A stretch of 63,502 bases of DNA, counting the filler, from Pelomyxa schiedti (lineage: Eukaryota > Protista > Evosea), in assembly GCA_020536535.1 (NCBI GenBank). It is 8 parts of 8 records of this genome, joined end to end, with 100 filler letters (N's around TTAATTAATTAA, not from the genome) between each part and the next. Parts side by side here need not be neighbours in the genome. Positions count along the whole stretch, not along the records: positions 40,506 to 57,287 come from JAHLWZ010000137.1; positions 57,388 to 58,521 come from JAHLWZ010002787.1; positions 58,622 to 60,837 come from JAHLWZ010002070.1; positions 60,938 to 61,990 come from JAHLWZ010002927.1; positions 62,091 to 63,502 come from JAHLWZ010002526.1; 3 more parts are not named here. One strand, given 5' to 3'. The position numbers and the translations under genes are program-made. Below are positions 56,566 to 63,502 of the stretch, one piece after another. Position 1 is the first letter of the stretch. Each line of letters opens with the position of its first letter. Below the pieces are notes generated by a model that saw only the letters and a list, made by a program, of their open reading frames with translations, did not search any database and had not been told where the DNA came from.

Positions 56566-56980
56566 CCAGGCGCTGGAACGGCAGCTTGTGGATCAACAAA
56601 TCGGTGCTCTTCTGGTACCTTCGTATCTCCCTGAGGGCGACTGTGCCCGGGCGGAACCTGTGCGGCTTCTTGATGAACGCCGCAATCGACTTTGCCGCGG
56701 AGCCCTTCTCCGTCATGGTCTTGTTACCTACCTATTAAACGGTTTTTATTAATGAATGCACGCAGGTATTAATTAAATGACATCCACATCTACTACAACA
56801 ACAACTCTACTGCTGGCAGATTAACGTTTAAACTACGCGTGCATACAATATCTATAGGCACTGATACTACATCACTTAGCGTATATGCCAACATACACCT
56901 ACCTTTTTTCTTGCGACACCAGTTTTCCTGGGTGCCTTCGATCCCGTCGATTTTCGTGCTGTCTGTTTCGTCCTTGCCAT
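56566..56980 (-). CDS. H3: Histone H3 variant, 5' exons (same gene as 51409-51884; misplaced segment)
   Basis: Exon 1 56903-56980 [26 protein letters not shown]; exon 2 from 56731 [29 protein letters not shown]; 56566-56686 is identical to 51764-51884. Confidence 0.88.
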
Positions 56981-57387
56981 CGTCGTCGCGTTCCTTCAAT
57001 ACCTGTTTGCTCCTTGTACTTCTTGTTGAATGTCTGTATGTGTCCTCGTAAAAACGAGCCCGGCTCGCGTATTACCGTATCGGCCCTCTTTTTCTTTTCT
57101 GTAAACTAACAAAAAAATTCATACAAAATAACGTTATTTTAGGATCTGGTATCTGAAAGGGCACGAGATTGAGGATGTGAACGTTTAAGTAGAACGTTGG
57201 ACGACGTAAACGGGAACTGTGCTGACAATAAGGCTCTCTAGGGATATACTCCTGACACCAAGTTCGTGTATGTTGTCAGATATCTTTNNNNNNNNNNNNN
57301 NNNNNNNNNNNNNNNNNNNNNNNNNNNNNNNTTAATTAATTAANNNNNNNNNNNNNNNNNNNNNNNNNNNNNNNNNNNNNNNNNNNN

Positions 57388-58356
57388 TTTCCGGCTGAGA
57401 ATAGGATGTCACCAAGGTACTGTCTCCCTTTTTATAATCGCCCAACTCAGCAATAACAGTTACCTCCACTGCTGGAATGAGCATCACACCAGGCCAGACT
57501 TCCACTCACCCACCCACATTCTCACTCTACTTCCCCACGCCGTGCCCCCCAAATCTCACACTCCATCCTGCTCTAAAGTGGGAAAAAAACAATACCAATT
57601 TGGAGAAGGGGGAGTTTAGCACTTTAATAAAGCTTTTTTTTTTTGCCTGAAGTCGAAAATCGACTTCAGGCCAGGGCACATCAGGGGAGAAGTGGACTCT
57701 GGCATGTAGGGGCAAGTGAGGAAGGTGCTGGAAATGCATCGAAGACGTTTGAATGTGGGAAAAAAAAACCTGGGAGTGGAGGTGAGGCCATACTGGGGGG
57801 GACACTGAAAGTGAAAACCTGAGGAATGCGGAGCAGAGCGGCATACCATTCTCCTGGGCGGCATCAGTCCAGGGTACCTATTATGTTTCAGTGGGGTCAT
57901 GATGAAAAGGGAGGGGGATTTACCATGGTACAAGTAGGACAAGGTGAAACGAGGAAAAGAAGAAACATACCAGCGGCCAAGCTGCTGGAAGTCAAAGGGC
58001 TCCGATGCATTTCCAGCACCTTCCTCACTTGCCCCTACATGCCAGAGTCCACTTCTCCCCTGATGTGCCCTGGCCTGAAGTCGATTTTAGACTTCAGGCA
58101 AAAAAAAAAAGCTTTATTAAAGTGCTAAACTCCCCCTTCTCCAAATTGGTATTGTTTTTTTCCCACTTTAGAGCAGGATGGAGTGTGAGATTTGGGGGGC
58201 ACGGCGTGGGGAAGTAGAGTGAGAATGTGGGTGGGTGAGTGGAAGTCTGGCCTGGTGTGATGCTCATTCCAGCAGTGGAGGTAACTGTTATTGCTGAGTT
58301 GGGCGATTATAAAAAGGGAGACAGTACCTTGGTGACATCCTATTCTCAGCTGGAAA
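57388..58356. repeat. Long inverted repeat / foldback: 354-bp arms (57388-57741, 58003-58356), 261-bp spacer
   Basis: The arms are reverse complements with only about two mismatches seen; the same ORF text appears on opposite strands in the track. Confidence 0.92.
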
Positions 58357-58621
58357 TCCCACAACCTAAATAAAGTATGTGAGACTGAAGAAAGAAAAAG
58401 GAAGCCACACATACCAGTGTGACAAGGTGCGGAAATGCAGAAAGGATGTGGAGGAGGAGCCCACATGTTTCCAGGACCTGGCATGCACTGTCTGTATCTA
58501 ATAGCCCTGAGTGTGGTATGCNNNNNNNNNNNNNNNNNNNNNNNNNNNNNNNNNNNNNNNNNNNNTTAATTAATTAANNNNNNNNNNNNNNNNNNNNNNN
58601 NNNNNNNNNNNNNNNNNNNNN

Positions 58622-59501
58622 GTCGCCAACCCTGGGCATCGTCGGGACCCCGGCCGTTTCATCGTCGTGGAGGGCGTTCCGCGGGTGGGTTGGCCCCGAG
58701 TCGACCGGCACCAGGTTCGCTGTGATGGCAACCAGCATGATGGAGGTCATCGACACTCTAAAGCCAACCAGTGGGTTGCTTTACACTCTCGGCGAACCAA
58801 GGGACCACAGGTTCTGGATCAGCAGGAGGTGGGCTGTGGGGATTCCAGAGATGTTGGGCCCCACGATGGCGCTGTGGGACTTTGAGTCAATCGACAGCGG
58901 GCAAGTTCCCACTGCCACTGGCATAAACCTCCCTTGGGTCGTGGGAAACATGGCCTTTGATGATGATGGCGGTGACTGCCGCTGCCGCTCCCTTGTGATG
59001 GCTCGGAATACACCTCAGGGCAGAGGTGACGATGTGATTGTTGTTGATCTGGAGGCCACGGTGGAAGAAAGGAGGTTGATTTGGAGTGCGTCCTACACCA
59101 CTTCATTCATCAAGAGGGGCTGTAAAATCATTGACATCTGGTGCTGGGGAGGAAAGACGTATGCAACAGCGGAAAAAGAAGAGGGAATCTTGTTCTGCCT
59201 GACAACTGGCCAGAGGATTGAACTGACCGACAGAGGATGTGTGGCGTCACCAATTGGTGGTGAGTTCTTTGTGACCAAGGTGGCTGATCGGCAGGAGGTG
59301 AGAGTGTTCAGTGTGAAGGCTCCAACACATTTGTGTTGCACGCTGAACAGTGTGGGACACCGGGTGGAATTGCATTTTGGTCATGGGCTGGTGGTGAGGC
59401 AGTTGAGACGAAAAGATGTTGAGGCTATTGATGCCATGTCAGGCACACTCCTCATAAAGTTCACACCCGTTTTTGGGTGCTGTGTTGCCCATGTGTTCTA
59501 A
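58622..59501 (+). CDS. 5'-partial beta-rich family member
   Basis: SPTLGIV at the contig start; NxxWxV-like SRRWAV, ALWDF, VVDLEAT, VRVFSV, VEAIDAMSGTLL. Confidence 0.6.
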
Positions 59502-59579
59502 ATCAGAACATGAGTGTAAACTTAAATGTACCAACATTGGTCGACATAGGAACGATTTTTTTCACAAACAAATCTTTTA

Positions 59580-60837
59580 AGTGAGACTTTACCCTGTGGC
59601 AGATCAGCAAAGTTGCGGCTGTCAGGTAAGATAACAGACATGTTCTACTTCATTGTTTTTCGGCAAAAAAATCGTTTGATTTGAACCAACTCAGTTTGGC
59701 GCAACAGTTTCCCTGCCAGTGTCCTTATGTTATGGACAATCGGCTGGATAATCTGCAAAACACCCGTTCCCTGCGAGATCAGAACGTGGCAAGGGATGCG
59801 CATCTGTGGCGGCGAATCATCTGCATTGGATGTTGAATGTAGGACTTGTGGTACTGCTTGGTGGTGCTGTTGTTCTCGTTGACAGTGAGGAGGTCCCACG
59901 TGACGAGCTTGGAGCCATCCTGAATTCCAGCAAGAACGGTGCCAGAGTAAACTGTGAGAACTTCAAATGGTGGTGAAAAAGGACAAGCAAGGGAACTGAG
60001 GGGATCACCGGTTTCGCTGTGGAATATCTGTGTTGTGTTTAAGTGAGAGAATAAAACGGCAGAGAGGTGGTGTGTGCACACACACCACAATTTGAGGGGC
60101 TCCATTTGGTTGAATGATCTGGGCGAAAATTCTACCAATTGCGCTGGCAACGGCTGATGCATTACGTGAGAGTATCCTGTGTGAACAGTGTTGCTCTTCA
60201 AACAATCCTGTGAACAGATGCAGTTCGCCAGGAAGTCTTCTCGTGGAACTGTTCTGGTTGATCAACACTGCAATTGCATCTGCGTGTGTTCTTTGGGGTG
60301 CTGCTGCCTGATGATGAACAGGGGAAATGGTGGGTTGGGCTTGCACTGCACCGTCGAACTTTCTTGAAAGGAAGATGGCTGTTCCCTCCTCTGTCTGAAT
60401 CGGGCATGGTGAATTGTGGGTGTTGGGCGTTGCTGGGATTGTGCAAAGGAGCAGGTGCCCGGGTCTCACACAAACGAATGCATTTGGACCAAGCCATGCA
60501 ACAGAGGAATTGGTGAACCCTCTAAATTCGGTAGTGGCGAGGGTGAACAAGGGAAACATTGCCGGGAATGAGTAAACAATCACTTCTGGACTATGGGACG
60601 AAACAACAACGACCTTCCCATCTGTGTTGGCAACAGTGAGTACATGAAAGAAACTAGTAAGGGTACACATGCATATTCTTACCTTCACTTGGGTTCCGCG
60701 GTGGCCACAGGGCCAAATCACCATAGGAAAAGCAGGATCTCGGCACAGAAAACCTCTGCCCAGTGATGGTGTCCCACACAATAACATCGTGGCGCGCGAT
60801 CACGGCGAGTCTCCCAAACAAACCCCCAAGTGCCTTG
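59580..60837 (-). CDS. Partial multi-exon beta-propeller/WD-like hypothetical protein
   Basis: VIVWDTITG, DGKVVVVS, LAGIQDGSKLVTWDLL; GT-AG introns. Confidence 0.4.
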
Positions 60838-60937
60838 NNNNNNNNNNNNNNNNNNNNNNNNNNNNNNNNNNNNNNNNNNNNTTAATTAATTAANNNNNNN
60901 NNNNNNNNNNNNNNNNNNNNNNNNNNNNNNNNNNNNN

Positions 60938-61990
60938 AAGGATCCGAGAAACGGCGGATCGTGGGTGTGTCGCGAGTGGTGTGGGAGCAGGTCCTCGTGC
61001 CGTGGGTGCTGGCCCCCGCGCGCGCCGCCCTCTGGTGGAACAAGCCCCTGGCCCCCGACGTGGTGTCGTGCCTGCTGCGCGCGGGGGAGGCCCTGTTCCC
61101 CCTCGTGGCCCTGTGCTGCCGCGCCGCGTCGCCCACGCACCGCGAGTACCGCGCGTTGAGCGCCCACTACCGCTCGATCGAGGACGCCGCCGCGGCGCTG
61201 TGCCCCAAGTGCATCGCGTGGATCGTGAGGGACAAGGCAGCCAGGCGGGCGGGGACCGGGAGGGGCGGGAGCCAGCAGGAGGGCGGCCCAGCAGGGACCC
61301 AGAGGGAGAGCGAGACGGGCAGCGACAGGGACCGGGAGCGGGGGCGGGCGAAGGAGCAGGTGGCTGTGCTGGCAGGGCTGTGCCGCGGGGGCCACCTGCG
61401 TGCCGCCAGGGCGTTCGTGGGAAACAACTGTGGGTGTTGGGTGGATGTGGACGTGGACGTGGAGGCGGAGGCGGAGGGGGGGACCAACAAGGCGCTGTGG
61501 CTGTGGCCACCGTCGTCGTCACGCTCAGCATCGCCGTCAGTGCGATGTGGGGTTGGCGAGATCGGAAATGGAACAGACCCCCAGGCAGGTGCCGTGGTAT
61601 GTGGACGTTCCATCTGTCTTGTATTATTATTATTGGCAGCTTCTTAAGTTTTAAGTATTCTTCCCACACCCACAGTTCAAACTTACCATGCTTGTTCCAA
61701 GGTTCCATCACTGCTGAACTGGAATTCAGTTGTCAGCACGGAAAACGAACCGGTCCTGGCTGAGGAATTTTGGAGTGAGAGGGGTGTGTTTAAAATCATG
61801 AGGGAAGTTTGTGCAAAGGGCCATTTGGATGTTCTGAAGTGGATCCTTTCGAGCTTCTTCCAAATCAATCAAGGCAACAAGATATTGCTGATCCCATTGG
61901 TGCATGAAGCATCAGAAAGCGGGCACCTGAACATGCTCAAGTGGCTGGTTCACACATTCGATTTGATCCACTTTGCCGAGAGCAACCGTG
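60938..61990 (+). CDS. Paralog of the 1-1307 gene (partial at both ends)
   Basis: High nucleotide similarity to the reverse complement of ~200-1240; same intron position. Confidence 0.7.
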
Positions 61991-62117
61991 NNNNNNNNNN
62001 NNNNNNNNNNNNNNNNNNNNNNNNNNNNNNNNNNTTAATTAATTAANNNNNNNNNNNNNNNNNNNNNNNNNNNNNNNNNNNNNNNNNNNNTGTAATGTTT
62101 GATATATACCTACTTCT

Positions 62118-62690
62118 TTATTGGTTGAGCCTCTTGGCCTTCCTGGCCTTCTTCTTGGCTGCAACTGTGCCTGTGCCAAAGCCATAGCTTGGCTTTCTAA
62201 TTGCTGTATTTGATTCCATTAGATTGGAGAGAAGGAGTGTGTGGTAGTTTATTAATTAGGAAGGAGGAATAGGTTTAGTATTGAGAAGGGTGGAAGGGGT
62301 GTAATACACACAGTTGTTGTGCTGGGGTTCCGGTCTTGTGGGCTCTGGTGTTGTCTGACAGTGTCCGGTAATTTATTAGCTGTTGCGTGTGACGAATCAT
62401 AGGTGGGAACACTGACAAAGGATCCTGTATACGCAACAGAACTACTTAATAGTTTAATCCTTAGTAGTAGTCGTAGTTGCACCATTGTGTGTGGTGTATT
62501 TTTGTTAGTGTTTATGAGAGTGTGAGTGAATACGGCACTTTAGAAGACCACAAAACCATACCATTTTGGGGCATGAGCCCCCAACAACATCCCGCTGCAT
62601 CCCACTCGGTTTGCTTTTTGGGCTCGTCGGCGCGTTGCGCGTCGGCGCATCAGTGCAGCAGTGTCTTCGCACATCTACACGTCGGCGCAT
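62118..62690 (-). CDS. Possible small spliced basic protein
   Basis: GT-AG-bounded exons ending ...GFGTGTVAAKKKARKAKRLNQ-stop; no recognisable domain. Confidence 0.25.
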
Positions 62691-63502
62691 CGTCGGCCTC
62701 AAAAAACAAATTTGTTTTGTCCAGTGGTGTCGCGGCATGCTCAGAAACGAGACTTGCCTCGAAGAAATGAGGAGAGGTTGTCAACCATCGTGAGTCATCA
62801 GTTTCCAAGTCAGGAAGCCAGTTGTGCAAACACGGTGTGACAACAACACAAACTGTGTTGTGTTGTTAGTGGTCCAGACAAATGGAAAAGTTGTCAGCCA
62901 ATGGCACAAAAATATTTGCCACAACACCAGGGTGTGCTGAGAGAGTTACACGGGTGATGATACACACGGCTCAGAAGGCCACTTTCCCCGAACTTGTACC
63001 AGACACATTCCATTTCGTGGTCTTTCCAGCTTCTGAGGAGCATCACATGGAAAGATCCAAAGACCCAAAAAATTAAAAGTGTCCTGTGGCGTTGCGTCAA
63101 ACCTCCCCCGTTCTTAGCGGAGTCGCCCTCGACGACGCGTTGACTCGTGGCAGTGGTGGTTGTAGTGCTAGTTACAGGGCCTTGGGCAGGTGGTATCACT
63201 AGTTGCGTTGATGATCTGATGTCCGCGCGTACGACTTGGGCCTTGCCTCAAGTGAGTCCTCACGCGTGAGGTCGCTTGTATGTTATTTCCACTGTATGAC
63301 TCTGCACCTTCCTCACCACAGGTGGTAATGTCACAACAGTCTTCTTTATTGACTCGTGATGCTTGGTGTACTTCCTTGGGAGAACACTTTCTGGTATGGA
63401 TACGCCTTGACTCTTGCTCGGCGATTGTCCAACTGTGCTCCCCACAGGTTTCGATGGCAATATATTTACTGGCCTGCCTTGACGTGGTTTCTCGGCCTCT
63501 TT

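Noticed and set aside
56375-56716. Tail-less H3 (MTEKG...) or an H3-ferredoxin fusion ORF
   Set aside because: An upstream exon at 56903-56980 supplies [11 protein letters not shown], and the fusion ORF merely reads through an N gap.
62700-63502. Protein-coding call for the minus-strand ORFs at the window end (similarly 19047-19565)
   Set aside because: They are low-complexity or partial with no recognisable motif and cannot be supported from sequence alone.

Overview
This is eukaryotic, intron-rich genomic DNA with many 40-80 nt GT-AG introns and GC/CpG-rich 5' exons. It is not a prokaryotic window. The gene-family style (expanded 'DQxxALA...HxRCGxxSP' proteins, ankyrin families, an anaerobe-type Fe-S protein) resembles the archamoeba Pelomyxa; that identification is inference from recall, not a database result. 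The window joins 8 independent pieces with artificial N-TTAATTAATTAA-N linkers and also has 100-N scaffold gaps, so adjacency across linkers is not biological. Two segments are misplaced and actually fill gaps elsewhere: 40506-41295 fills 47150-47249, and 56566-57287 fills 51885-51984. Recognisable genes are GET4, HYOU1/GRP170 (ends KSEL), a RING/TRAF-zinc-finger protein, two C2H2 proteins, an RGS+4xLIM protein, a zf-4CXXC (CDCA7-like) protein, farnesyltransferase beta, a GH78 alpha-L-rhamnosidase, a long-tailed histone H3 and a SAM-methyltransferase-like protein. The main novelty candidates are: (1) a birth-and-death cluster of ankyrin/coiled-coil/PINK1-like kinase genes, one truncated by a putative LTR element; (2) a tandem array of lineage-specific ~440-aa 'TSFLW' beta-rich proteins interleaved with an F-box motif and an Ank-SAM-SAM-U-box gene, a possible ubiquitin-based recognition locus; (3) CpG->TpG/CpA decay between paralogs plus CpG-island-like 5' ends, suggesting gene-body 5mC; (4) prokaryote-type genes (DUF3303, a 4Fe-4S 'ICNCCxCCC' protein); and (5) non-coding palindromes (a 354-bp-arm foldback, a 22-bp-stem hairpin and a trio of related hairpins). 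Exon boundaries were read by eye and are approximate.
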